Origin: Amoebophrya sp. A120
Lineage: Eukaryota; Protista; Dinoflagellata
Length of the DNA: 64,000 nucleotides
Direction of reading: 5' to 3'
Assembly (NCBI GenBank): GCA_905178155.1
Contig: CAJINV010000017.1
Span: forward strand, 1 to 64,000
The first letter of the stretch is position 1. Each line of letters starts with the position of its first letter. Shown in pieces: positions 49,178-62,046 of the stretch. Position numbers and translations under genes: made by a program. Below the pieces are notes generated by a model, which had not been told where the DNA came from, made no database searches, and worked only from the letters and a program-made list of their open reading frames with translations.

Positions 49178-52100
49178 ATGACCGACATAACCGACGAGGC
49201 TGCGTATTACGCTAACCTGGCCGAGGAGGACGATGAGGACGAGGAGGAAGAGCAGCAAGCCCCAGAGCCAGCAGCCAAAAAGCAGAAAACCACAACAAAT
49301 GACACTAGCAGTAGCTCAACGGCAACAGGAGCGGCGGCAAAGTCAATAGCAAATAACGAAGCAGGCACTTCTGCTGCCGGTGCACCAAATGCCGCAGACG
49401 GAACAACCACCGGCGCTACTACAACTGGGTCGGCGAAGAGTGGTAAGCCAAAGACACCAGCGACTGGCCCAGTAGACAGCAAGGCACCTCCTGGAGAACA
49501 AGGAGGACCTCCACCTCAAACTGGTCCTGGGGGGAAGACAGAAGGTGAGAAAGAAGAGAAGGAGGTAACGCCGAATGACGAGGAGAAGCTGGATCTTCAA
49601 GCCCCAGAGCCCGATACTTCGCACGGGGCGCACAACAACTGGGATGTGCGATGTGTGGTCGTGAGGCAAGGTATGCATTTTTTTTGACAGGAGCTCTCGT
49701 GGTCGACGAGGGAGGGCGATGGGTCCCGCGGTTACGGCATAAGTTTTAGTACCACAGCATTTAGGAATTGATTCTCACAACTCCGAAGTCTGTTTAAGTT
49801 TATCTGCAACTACTGCAGCATGTTCATCGTGGCGTTTGCTCTTGCGTGCCATTGTCAACGGTCTCTTTCAAACCAAAAATCAGGCCAATTGATGCTGGAG
49901 CTGCAGCGCCGAGAGCCTCCCCTTTCAAACGACAACCTGATCCGGTTCTCGGACTGGCTGTCGAAGCAGCTGCCGAAAATCATCGAGTCATTTCCCTACG
50001 TAAGGAAATCCGGGTGTGTGGTCGACCTGTCTGACAACACCATCGGTCCGCAGGGTCTGGATAGGCTTCTCAACGTCCTCAGGGACCACAAAGTGCCCTG
50101 TAATACGCTCAAGGTATGTATTTTTTGGACACAGTGAGCTGCTGGTACTTATTGGTTCTTTGTTCACTTTAGAAGTTTATTTCCGTAGAAGAATCGAATT
50201 CGAAAAACGAACATGAAAAGAATATTGTCGACAAACTCAAACAAACAGGCCTACAGAAATTGTCTCGACGACAGCATAGTCGACACCATGGTCGAGTACT
50301 TTTACACGCAGCCTAACGGGAACGCGATTCAGTCGATACACATGTCGCACAACCGCATCACCGATACAGGCTGCCTGAGACTACTAGAAGCGGCGTGCAA
50401 ATGCGAACAGTATAAATTGCTAGTGGTTTTTTTAGTTGCAGTGGTGGAGGTCAATCAAAAATCGCAGCTAGTATATATAGATGTCGTTACGCATACTCAA
50501 TTTGATTTCTTCCTGTGGCTGCGCTACGTTCATCGCCAATGATTTTTCCATAAAATTTCCGATGAAATGAAAACCAGCTATCCCCGGCACATCGGCGAGT
50601 CCCTGCACCCATTGTGGCTGCGTCTGGAGTGCAACGCGATCGAGAACCCAACGAAGTGCATCGTGAAAATGGGCGAGGATCCAAAAAACCGGGTGTGTTT
50701 GATGCAGGACGGGCAGTGCAGTCAGAAGCACTGTGACCACTGGAACGTGCACGTGCAGCTGCCCCACTTTGTGAACCAAGACGCGAAGAACGAGCACCGG
50801 GCCTACGAGCACGGGGAATACGACAAAAACGTCAATAATGAGCAACTTTTGGCCCACGTCTTCGCGGGCGCAAACGCAGCGGCCGGGAATAGCGAAGCGG
50901 TCACGCCGGCAAACAACGGTGGAGCAGCAAATAGCAGAGCAAAGTATGATTTGGATTTGCGCTACTCTAGTTCATGCTCGACATCATGGCCAAGCTCCTT
51001 ATAACTGTATGCGAATTTCTCTGGGAGTATTCCGATGTGTTGGCATCACACAAAAGTTTGAATCTTGACGTATTGGAAGAAGAAAATCTACACAAAAACT
51101 ACAGGTCACCTGCACCTACCGGCGCAGACTTCGATCCAAAAATGAAGGAAGAGCTGGTTCTTCTTGCGAAGGGCATCCAGAAGGGGCTTATCGAGAAAGG
51201 TAGAGATAAGCCTCGTTGTTCAGGATTGAAGTTGAAAATGAGATTTAAATCCACCACCACTGTTGAGCTGTTAGTTTCATACATGAAGAAAAAGGTGCAA
51301 CAAGAATGACAACGTTTACCCTATCTATCACCCACCACTCCCAGGTCAAGGCAAGGCAGCCATGGTCCAATTGATCCAGCGAGCGAAAGGCATCAGCAAC
51401 AAAAACGGCCCGCAGAACGGCATGGGAGGCAGCGCTTCGCCCTCAAGATCCATGCCCATGCCACCAATGCCCGGGGAGTTTAACAACCAGAAGGGCGGCT
51501 CTTCCGGTAGTAATTGGAACTCGGGAAAGCAACAGTCCTACGGCAAGAACGACGGCTCCGGTGGGAAATACGGCAAAGCGGGGAAGGGAAAAGGCGGCTA
51601 CGACAATTACAACAGCTATGGGAAGTCCAACGGCTACAACAGCAGAAACAGCTGGAACAACAGCAATTCCTATGGAAGTAGCCACCCGCTCAAAGGTGGG
51701 AAATCCTCCGGGTCCTTTGACAAGGAGGGGAGTCAGTACGGGGGCAAGAGCAGTCGGTCTGGGTATGATAAGTACGGTGGCGGAAATAAGGGCGGCAACA
51801 ACTCTTACGACCAGAACCGCTGGAGCAAGAACGGCGGCGGGTCCCATTGGGGCAGCAGCAGTGACAGAAACAGCGGCTACAACAACGGGTACAACAGCAA
51901 CTACAATTCCTACAGCAACCACGACAGGAATAGCTCCTACGGAGGGTCTTCCGCGCCCGCTGCGCCGCCGAAAAAAACGCAGGTGGACATCAGCTTTGGC
52001 AAAAATCAGGACCTCGGCTTTGAGTACAAAATGGAGCAGATAGACGAAATCGACACCGCGGTCGTCACGTATAGTTGTTGTTCTTTTGATACTGATTTTG

Positions 52101-52410
52101 ATATAAGTATTTCCCTTCGCTTGCTCAATAAAGAGTAGCGTGGGCCCTTTTGACCTTGATCATGACCCAGACATGTTCATATCAACGCAATCCTCCTGCC
52201 TTGCTGATTCAAATTCAATATGATGATGATCATCTTCAAATAAATTCCTACAGTGCCGTCACGAAAGGCTCCGAAGCGGACACGAAAGGCCTAGAGATCG
52301 GGTGGAAAATTTCCAGGATGAACGGTATGGATGTTTCCATGTTCTCCGCGGCGCAAATTACCGAACTTATCAAGGACAGGAAAAATTTGTCTGTGCGGTT
52401 CAAAGCGTGA
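49178..52410 (+). CDS. LRR + G/N/S/Y low-complexity + C-terminal PDZ protein, 7 exons
   Basis: In-phase GT-AG introns at 49671-49883, 50114-50248, 50410-50577, 50944-51104, 51200-51344 and 52069-52253. LRRs VDLSDNTIG and IHMSHNRIT. PDZ-like DLGFEY..AVVTAVTKGSEADTKGLEIGWKISRMNG. Confidence 0.8.
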
Positions 52411-54089
52411 CGATTTCGAAAAAACCTGTCCGTATTGGTGTACCAGCTCGCGCGCCGCTCTTCGGAGGTAGCTCAGGTCCGTGATGCTGTTTCCCACGAA
52501 GTTGCTCTGCGGGGAAATGAGATGACTTTGTATACCTGTCTTTATTTCAAAGAAAAAACCAAAAAGAAATTGAAAGCGTGAAATGAAAGTAGCCCGATGA
52601 AAGAGGTGAGTAAGTTCGAGATTGACCATATCAAAGAGATCTTTTTAGATCAGCGTTAGCGTTAGTTTACATTTTGCTGTAGGCACTGAGGAGTAAGATT
52701 GGGAGTAGTTCTTGAGGCGCATGATTACATCTCCCAGTTTTGAAGCATGACCTTGAAGAGCGGGAAAATTAGTAGGACAAAGGGGCATGGTTCATCATGA
52801 TGGGGCTAGCGACACTAGAGGCGCTGAAGTAGTAGAACTTGCGGGTGAGAAGCAGGTGCTTATTCAGTTTATATCAAATTAAGAAATTTCTGCACCTCGT
52901 CCGCTTGACTTTTCTTCTGCTCCTGTATCACCCCATTAGAATATGGAACTGGCTGTAGTAGTTTCAGTTTCTGTCATAGCGGCCAGCGAATAAAGGTATA
53001 GAGCGAGAATTACGGTTACCAACTTCCCCCCCCCGCTTTGTTCTGTTGGCATCGACGTCATTTGTTTTCCTCAGGGGTTGTATCAGGATAAGCAAAACGG
53101 TGCGCCGGCGTCCTAAAGAGGTTTTTCATTTTCGCATTTTGAAGAATATTTGATAGAGCGAAGTCACCCTGACGCTTTACACGTTTACCCAGCGAAGAAA
53201 AGATGATTTTGGTTCAAAGAAAAAAGACTCGCCTTTGATGATTCACTTCCCCGAAGAACGCATAGTGCTCTACCCCGCTGCCGATCTTTAGGTTTGTATC
53301 GCAAGAAGAGGACGAATCAAGAAAACTCCATGTCAATAAATTCACGAAGAAAGGACGAAAAATGCGGAGCGCAGCTTTGAGAAACTTCAGTTGCGACGTT
53401 TAGGTCGGTATATTGCTGCTCCTTCCTGTTCTTTTTCTTCCCTTCTAGAAGTAGATTTGCTGGCAGCGAGCCAACACAACAGATGAAATGAAGACGTTGA
53501 TCAACAAAGACTTAGAGCTCGTTCACATAGGTGTTGCAGATGACGATCGTCCTCCACCAAATGTAAATGGTAAAAAAATCCATATAATTCATCTGGAGGC
53601 ACCCATATCTTTCTGGTGTATAATCAAAGCTTTCCGATCCAACCACTCCACAACTACCCACACAGCAACGACAACAAAGGGAGCTGCGAGCAAATAGAAA
53701 TTATATCCAAAGGTTCTAAACCCGTTTGGTGAAAACGGATACGGTCTCGGAAGATCTCTTTCGCTTATATTAATCCTCGCTCAAATTCCAAATCTGAATC
53801 ATGTGCTCTCGTTCCTGTTCAAGAGCAAGAACCCGTCGCATCTTACTCCGTCTCCAAAAGGAGAGTTCACACCTCATGTGAAAAACCACTCACCGTCTGA
53901 AAAACCTTTGTGCAGTCGCGATAGGAGGTGTTGTAGGCTAAGGAATCCACGACCGAATGGTTTACGGGCACTGGTGTGAATTTCTTTGTGGACGACTGTA
54001 CCTAGGGCGCTGCTAAAAAATCTGAGATTTTCAAAGTGAAGTAGAGCCTTGTTTGTTTTCATCCACGTAAATGTGCGTTTTTCCCCACC

Positions 54090-57000
54090 ATGAATGAGCT
54101 TGAAGACTACAGTCCCGCTACCGACACGACCCAGCCAGAAACTCCAGTCAATTGTTCTGTAGGAGCTTCGACATCTCGAGAGGAACTACACCGACCAGGA
54201 GACACAACAAGAACAACTTCAGCTGTTCGTCCGTCGGATCGTAACACGTATCGACCCAGCGGCAACAACAAGACGTCGCTTCATTGGGTTTGGGACGCAG
54301 CGACAAACCGTTTTGTTCCAGTTCAAAAGCTGGCGCAACAGCAGAGGTCAAAAATATTGCTGAAACAGCAAGGGCCCCCGCGAGAAGCAGTAACGGAAGG
54401 AAAGAGTGCGGTTGGAGTTGTTGCCACGACATCCGCCTCTGCATCAAGTTCTGTGCCTGGCCGAAGATCTTCCAAGAAGCAGGCCGGGCTGGAGTTTATT
54501 TCGCAGCTTCAAAAAGAACAGCAGCAGCAGCACGAGCACGACAAGTTATTTACGACCAAGAAGAACCTGGGCTACGAGAAAGGTTTTGATCAGCCAGAAC
54601 GCTTCGCTCCTGTATTATTTCGGACGAGCTCCGCTCATAGCAACTACAGCGACGTGACGACTTTGCCCGGAGTACACGACCGCAGCTATAACGATTCGTC
54701 TTTCACATCATCAGCTCAAGATCCTTCTTGGAGCAGGTCCTCCGCCGCGCGTGCGTCTGCAGCTGAAGGGAGTCGAGTTGGAGAAAACCATTACCTGGAG
54801 AGGGAGACAAACGATTTCTACGAGGGTATTCTAGACCGAAGGTACGACCTTAGACAGGAAAAGTTACGAGAGGCGAAACTACAAGGATTTCACAACTGTA
54901 CTTCCACGTCGACCTTCTACCCGAATAAGCCTTCGTCAGCCCGCCCCGCTGGTGAGCTGCACAATTTGAATAATTCCACTGCGCCTGGTGATCTGAGCCG
55001 TGGAGTTTCTCGTCGTCGTGGCTACTACATAAGACAGAGCGACGGGTCATACGCTTTTTTTCTTTGTGAAGACAACGAAGATTTCGACTACAGTCCGCTG
55101 GATAGATCGGCACTGAACCACAAAACCATCTCGTCGGTGGCACGGGACTACAAAAATTACAACGGAGGAGGTCGGAGCTCCTTCGAGACCGCTACTAGAG
55201 AAAACCACTTCCCTGCACCCAGCACCACTGCTCGTCTTCGTGTGGACGAAACCACTTCCGACGACCACGACAAAAGCCAATCAGAGCTACCCTTCGCCAA
55301 CCAATCGACACCCGTCAGCAGAAGACGCTTCTCGTCCAGACCCAGCCGCGCTGCGCCAACGCCAACGCCAACCCGAGAAGAGCTCGAGCTAGAACATTAT
55401 CGTATCGCAGCAGAACGCAGACGGCACCAGAGGGGCCGCACCACGACAGCAAACCATAGAGACAGAACAGCAATAAACAACAATACGACCACCGCGAGTC
55501 AAAATCACAATCGGTTTCATCACCTCCGTCGCAATCGCACCACAGCCTACCGAGCAGGAGCGCGTCCTCCGACGAGGCAGGGCCGGAATAAAGTGAATAA
55601 AACCAACATCACACGACAAGCGGTTATTTTCGACCAGAAAAAGTACGAAAATTTGACGACCCAGCAGTTTTTCTACCAGTTCACGAAGGATTTCACCTAC
55701 TGCTGCTACTTTTACAGCATCGCGGCACTGAAGATCTTACTGTACTGCATCGTGCTGTTTCTGCTGGTGTTGAGCTTGATCCCGCGGGGGTACTACTTGT
55801 ACGTGTCTTTACTGGTTGTCAGTCTAGACAACGCCAGCACGGGCGGATTTGAGTATCACTGGGTGAAGCAGGCGAAAGACGAGTTTGTCGCGTCCGCGGG
55901 GGAAGAAATAACCGGCGTGCCGCAAACCTACAAACCGTTCGGCGGAGACCTACTTGCCAAACCGCTCCTGCCCGTACCGGAAATCGCGTTGACGTCGCGG
56001 TTGGAGGCGGCGGCCGGCTTGGGAAAAGAACACAGCATCGACTTGCGACACCAAAACCCGTGCTTTCGGTTCGGAAAGTGGGTGCCGTGTGTGAGGAATT
56101 AAAGGAAACAAAAGACCTCAATTGAGATCTTTCGTAAAAATAGCGAGGACCACAGCGACACCATTCACTACATTTTTGGCAGCTGCGCCAGCATTGCTTT
56201 TTTTTGCAGCAGCCGCACCACGGCATCTTCAGGACGAACAAGCGACAAGACATAACCACTGCCACGACCTCCACACGACCCGCTATCACCATGATCGGTC
56301 GCAACCCCAAGACAACCGCTTTCGGCAAGCGGAAGAACATTCTGGGCGCTGCTTCTTCGTCTGCCAAGAAGCAGCACCTGGACTCTTCCCAGCCTTCCGC
56401 CCCGCCCTCCGCCTCGCAACAACAAAATGGACTGTTGTCTGCGAGAAAACCAGGAGAGCAACACCTCAACGGTGCCGCTGATGGTGCTTTGGACGATGAG
56501 GAGATAAAGAGGAGGCAACTGGAGTCGAAACTAGAATGGGAAGAGCTTTTCGATCACGAGGAGATGCGAAAAAGGAGGCGAGAAGCGGCGACCATGCAGG
56601 AGGTGGTCGACTACGACGACATGGATTCGAGTGACGATGGCGACAATCTTGGAAAAAAATCTTCAAAGACAAAGGGCTCTAGTACTTTTGGTAATGGGTA
56701 CGCAGCAAACCTCGTGAGCGCGTTCGAAGCCTCCGCGAAGCTGGATCAGAACCTGAACCCGAGCGAGAAATCAACGGTCACGAGGTTAGCGGACGAGAGA
56801 GAAGGGGATCAGGATGCGGGCGATCATTCCGATAGCGAAATAATTAACAAGAAACCTGACAACGCGGGCCCGGTGAAGAAAAAGCTGGGGATTCGCGGAG
56901 GAAATCGGGAAACGAAAAAAGCGAAAAAGTTAAGGAAAAAGGCGGAAAAGAAGCGAGCGGCAGAGGAAAAGAAGGGCAAGAAAGGTAGGAAATCGATACG

Positions 57001-57425
57001 ATACACTTTTTCCAAGATACTGGGCTGCTTGCTGCAAACTTGTTCGTATTTGGACTTCTTTGGCATTTCCTTGAGTCCAAAAGAAAAACTACCGGTAGCA
57101 TGGTGCTGATTAGTGTGTGCTAGTGTTTGATCATGAAAAATGAAATAAAGCGATGACAACTACTCTCCTCCTAAAACTAACAGACGAAGAACCCGACCGC
57201 TATAAGAAGCTGCTAGTCCAGGGTGAAGCCAAGACCCGAAGTATTGACACCAAAAGACTTTGCAATTACACCGACCGTGATGCTCCGGAGGATTTGAGGA
57301 AAAAGTTCGGAGGAGATTTCCGCGGCACGGTGTTGAGACAGGACGAGATGAGGGCCGCCAGTATCCGTAACGCGGCCGCAAGCAGTGGCAAAGTGCCTGA
57401 TCTGATGGACTACGACGACTTGTGA
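54090..57425 (+). CDS. hypothetical membrane protein with low-complexity termini, about 3 exons
   Basis: 670-aa ORF with hydrophobic segment ILLYCIVLFLLVLSLI. Probable GT-AG introns at ~56082-56209 and 56985-57183. Confidence 0.6.
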
Positions 57426-58269
57426 TCATGACAGACCCACTGAAGAATGCCATTCTTCTCCTGCCGTGGCTGCCTGACGAGTAGTCTTTGCACTTGTACT
57501 CAGTCTCACATCAATTCTCAATTAGAATACAGCTACAGACCTATCCTTCCGTATATGAGTAAGTAAGATTTTCAGGCAAACACATAAAAACAAACGTGCC
57601 GCGAATCAAAAAAACCGCGGAAAGCAGGAAAACTAAAAGCAGTTGCGTCTTGCTAAAAGCAGTTCCAAGTGAACCGCAAGCAAGCTAGCTGGTGCTGGTG
57701 TTGCTAGCCAAGGCAAATTTGCTTGCGCGCTGATTCAATTTTGGGAGTTCGAGTACAAGTAGAACACGTTGCTCATCACGTATTTTTTCGCACTGCACGA
57801 TAACGATGAGAGTCCGTAGAGAGTGATTTAGGTTAGGCAGCCGGCATTGCTGAAGCTGGTGCTGATGTTGTTGGTAATCCTGTGTGGCTGCGAAGTGAGC
57901 GAAGCTTTTCGGCCACATGAAAATTCGGCTGTTTTTTCTTGCTAGAAGTAAGCCTTTCCGTGCAAGGTGCAGCATCTCGGTTTTTTTCCATTGATGGAGT
58001 GGACACAGAGAGAGTCAGTTGTTGTCTTGTACGTACCTGCTTTATTTAAAAGATGCCACACACTAATTCTAATACTTAAGGGATTCGACTAGTGTGGTTG
58101 CGATCCCAAAATAGAGCCAACCTCTGGCAGCCAATCACTGTAGTTTCTCTACCTGATAATTTTTAGAATACGAAATAACCCGGCCTGTGATGAAAAGATA
58201 TACAACTACCGCCCACAGAATCGCTATAGTGTAAGTTTTTGACTTTCCTCTCCACCCTCATACGACAAG

Positions 58270-59620
58270 ATGGGCGGGGGTGGCAAGATCGGCGACCCAA
58301 AAGACATGGCGGTCGGGGCCGCCCTTCAGTGCATCGAGGCGGCCACACTGGGGATGCCCTTTGAGGTTTGGAAGACGCGCATGGGCCGTTTCCGCAACGA
58401 GGGCACGTTTGAAGCCGCAGCGAACGTGTACAAAAGAGGAGGCGCCGGCGCGTTTTGGCAGGGAATAGGCCCGAAACTGATCGAAAGTGCGTCCAAGGGC
58501 GCGATCCTGTTGTACGCGAAAGAGGCGATATTGATGGGAATGGTAATATTTGATATTGTTCGTACGTATTGGAATCGAAAAATGAAAGCGACGCAAACCA
58601 CTTTTTAATGTTGTCAGAGCTGAAGCTGTCGCGCATGAGCAGCTGCATGGCATGAGCAAATTTGTGAAGATTTTTGCCCTGGTGCATCCACTATTACTGA
58701 TCAATTCTACGCATGACGCCACTACTACACGACAAATAACAGGAAACCTCTGGCTTCTCACCAACGGTTTCTGGAATTATGGCGGGTGCCGGCGGTGGTG
58801 TAGCCCAGGTGTCGGTGATGGGTCCGTGCACGTTCCTCGTGACTTGCGTGGTAACCGGCGACAAAAACATGTCCATAACGAAAAAAATGACCGACACCTG
58901 GTCGCAAAAGGGCATCCGTGGTTTCTACCCTGGCGGAATGGCGTTGACCTTTCGACAAGCATCAAATTGGGCGAGCAGACAGGGCATCACAGAGTTTGTC
59001 AGGACCAAAGTCGCGGTACAGATTCATCTTGGTTCAAGAAAGTTCTCGTGTTCCTGTGTTGACGTGTTGTAGGTTGTACTGAGATCATCGTAGGAAAATA
59101 TGTTTGACGAGTGTTGTACGTCAGACATGCCTCGTATGCTATTCAGTCGTCTTTGATCGATGGCATGAGAAGTCCTACCGATTCCTTGTTGAAAACCAGG
59201 TAATGCGACACGGAGACGAGAAGGCAAAACTCTCCAAGTGGGAGGAAGCCGGGTGCGGCATAATGGGCGGCAGCTTGAGTTGCTGGAACCAGCCGTTTGA
59301 GGTAGCCAGGATTCAGGCCCAGGCGGCCGCGAACGCAGGCGAGCCATCGCTTTCCATGCAAGCGACGATGGGAAAGGTAAAATAGACCCAGAGAGATATT
59401 TTGATGCCTATTCGGATATCTTGCAATCATACATTTCGAAAAGACAGACGAGACGCCGACATCGATGACAAGACTATACGACAAATGACACTTACATCAG
59501 ATCGTCCGCGAGAACGGTGTCGGAGGATTGTTTCAAGGAATCGTGCCACGCATTGGTTTGGGAATCTGGCAGACCTTGTTCATGGTCACCGGCGCCAAAA
59601 TGATTAAAGACATGATGTAG
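58270..59620 (+). CDS. mitochondrial carrier (SLC25), Yhm2-like citrate/oxoglutarate carrier, 4 exons
   Basis: PFEVWKTRM and PFEVARIQ carrier signatures; IESASKGAILL and RQASNWASR resemble Yhm2. GT-AG introns at 58543-58742, 59016-59199 and 59377-59500. Confidence 0.9.
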
Positions 59621-62046
59621 TCACATCACCACCGCGTGGTTTTCCTTTCTTGCTCGTCTGGGTCACAGATAGTTTCTCGCTCTCGACGTCCAGCTCTGCA
59701 GGAATGATTTTTTGACAGCTCCACGGGGTCTAACAGCGATTCCGATCCGCGCTGCTAGATTCCGCCCTGCTGATGCGCAAAGAAATGTCAGAATCTGACA
59801 CAGCTGCACAGTTAGGGAACACGCACCCAAAATTAGTGATTTATCCGGTAACCCAGTTTTCCTATCGTTCTTTAGACTTTTTGCTCCTTGCTGAGGCGAC
59901 AAATGCGTGACTGCGCATCGCTCCGCAAGGCATAGTATCACTCCGAAGTCGCGTGAACTAGAAATTTTAGATTATGCTCACGCGCGTCAATTACAGACGT
60001 CTTTATCTATCAACGCGAAAATACCTTTACAACTTCAACTGCGCCGGCGCTTTATTTTCCGACTCAGACGACAAATCAAAATCTGCACTCGATGTCGATC
60101 GACACATCTGGCTCACGATTTGGTCACGCCACAGCACGAACTGAAGCTATTTTAAGCACATTCAGTTGTGGCAAGAACCTGAGGGGTTTGATATGTCCTG
60201 GAATAGTACGAAGAGATCGAATGACATCAAACCAGATGAAGAAATCCCATGAGATGACGAGCATTGATGTCCTTCTCGAGCCTCGCAACGGCATGGCATT
60301 TCTGTCTCTGTGCAAAGAAGCTTCAGCATCTACATGCGATATGTCGTGTTCGTTGCTGAGCAAGCAAGAGAGTGACCGACTTGCAGACGCTAACGATGAC
60401 AGATGGATCTCGATTGCGTCGTCGGCGCGCCGCCGCAGAGGTGTCAGACGTGAGGAGGTGGGCGGCGTCATAGTCGCGAGCGAAAAACGGCGCGCCCTGT
60501 GCCTTGGGCCGGCCCGCTGCCTCCGGAACGCGGGCCGACTTCGCCGGAGCGCTTGAGAGAAGTTCGGCGCCCGCCCGGCAGGCCTTCGCCCCCCATTCGG
60601 CGCCTTGAGCCCGTTTGCCCTTTTGCCTGGGCCCCGATTGTTGTGCCCCCGCCGGCCGCAGCGCGCGCGCCCCTCTTGTTTTGGCTCGTGCAACAGAACA
60701 CGGTGAGGGGCCGGCGTCACCCGTTGCGTTCAGGAATAACACGGCGAAAAGTCTGAAGCCTTGCCCCGCGGGGGGGCGGCCGGCCCGTTCCTTGTGGTCC
60801 CTGTAGTGTGGCCTTGGGGCACGCAGGCCCTTGGGCCCCCGTATCTTTGGCGCGCGCGACGCGGCCCGCCCTCCCGTTTTGGGGAAGCTTATGGCGCGCC
60901 CGCGCGATGGCGCCTCCACCGGGGCAGCACGCAAATGCGAAGGCAGAAAAGCTGAGGCGGGGGAGGGGGACACGTTTGACGAAGTTGGCCACACCCGGAA
61001 GCCCACTGACTCCGGTGGATGTTCGTTCCGGGTCGGCAAGTCAGTGGCGCCCCGGAGACCCGGGGAAGGGGGGGGCGTAGGGTGTCTCTCCGTCTGGCTT
61101 CCCCACTTTCCGGGGGGCCCCCCCGCCGTGAATTCCCGCGACGCAACCAAGAGCCCACCCGCGGCCTTGGGGCCGGGAGATGGGGCCAAGGGGCCAGGAG
61201 CGAGCGGGGCGCCGTACCAAGAGGGCGCCGCATCAAAACAGCAAAAGAAGCTGGGAGCGAGCCTTTTGGCGGGAGGACTCTGCTCTGCGCCAAGCCCTTT
61301 TCAGACCGGCCCGCGCTTTCCCGTTTTGATGGCCCGCCCCTTCCTTGCCCCCCCTGCCTTTCGCGCTTTCTTTGGCCGCCCCAAGACTCGCGCGATCTTG
61401 TTTGGTGGGCGCCCGGGGTGCTCCCGCCATTCTTGCAGGCCCGGCCGGCCGGCCGGCTGGCAAACGCGCCGCGCGCAACCAAAGCCTTCGGGGGGGCCGG
61501 GCGCGCGGGATGGGAGTGACATTTCCGTGGCGGCCTGTTTTATCTTTTCTAATGAATCTCTTTGAAGTTATGAGCGCACGAACGCGCCCGAGCCCGGCGC
61601 AGCAGATGTTGCTGCCATGATTGGCCCGGGGCCTTAGATGATACATGCGAATTCTCCCGCGCAATGGTTTGCCTATTTTTGTCTCACACGACAGAAAAGG
61701 TTTCAGAGTTGGCGGCCGGGGGGCAACCAACCTAGCACTAGCTATGGCTTGTTGTTTCATTGTGTTTGTGTTCGAGTTGTTGTTGAGATCTATTGCTTCT
61801 TCGTGGCCCGTAGGTAGTGCAGGTTCTAGCGGCGTAAGTTGTTGGCTACTCCCTTGCGGTGTTCTTCTTTTGCCGCTTCGTTTTCGTCGAATGATTTGCC
61901 GTGCATAATTAATTGCAATAGGTATGGGCATCTCTTCCTGTGCCTGTGGCAACTGAGGAGCGACGAGCGAGACAGACGGACCGACGGAAGCTTGAAGTCT
62001 TGCTGTATCTTTTTGAACGAGTCGCCTCCGCATTGCGTATAACACA

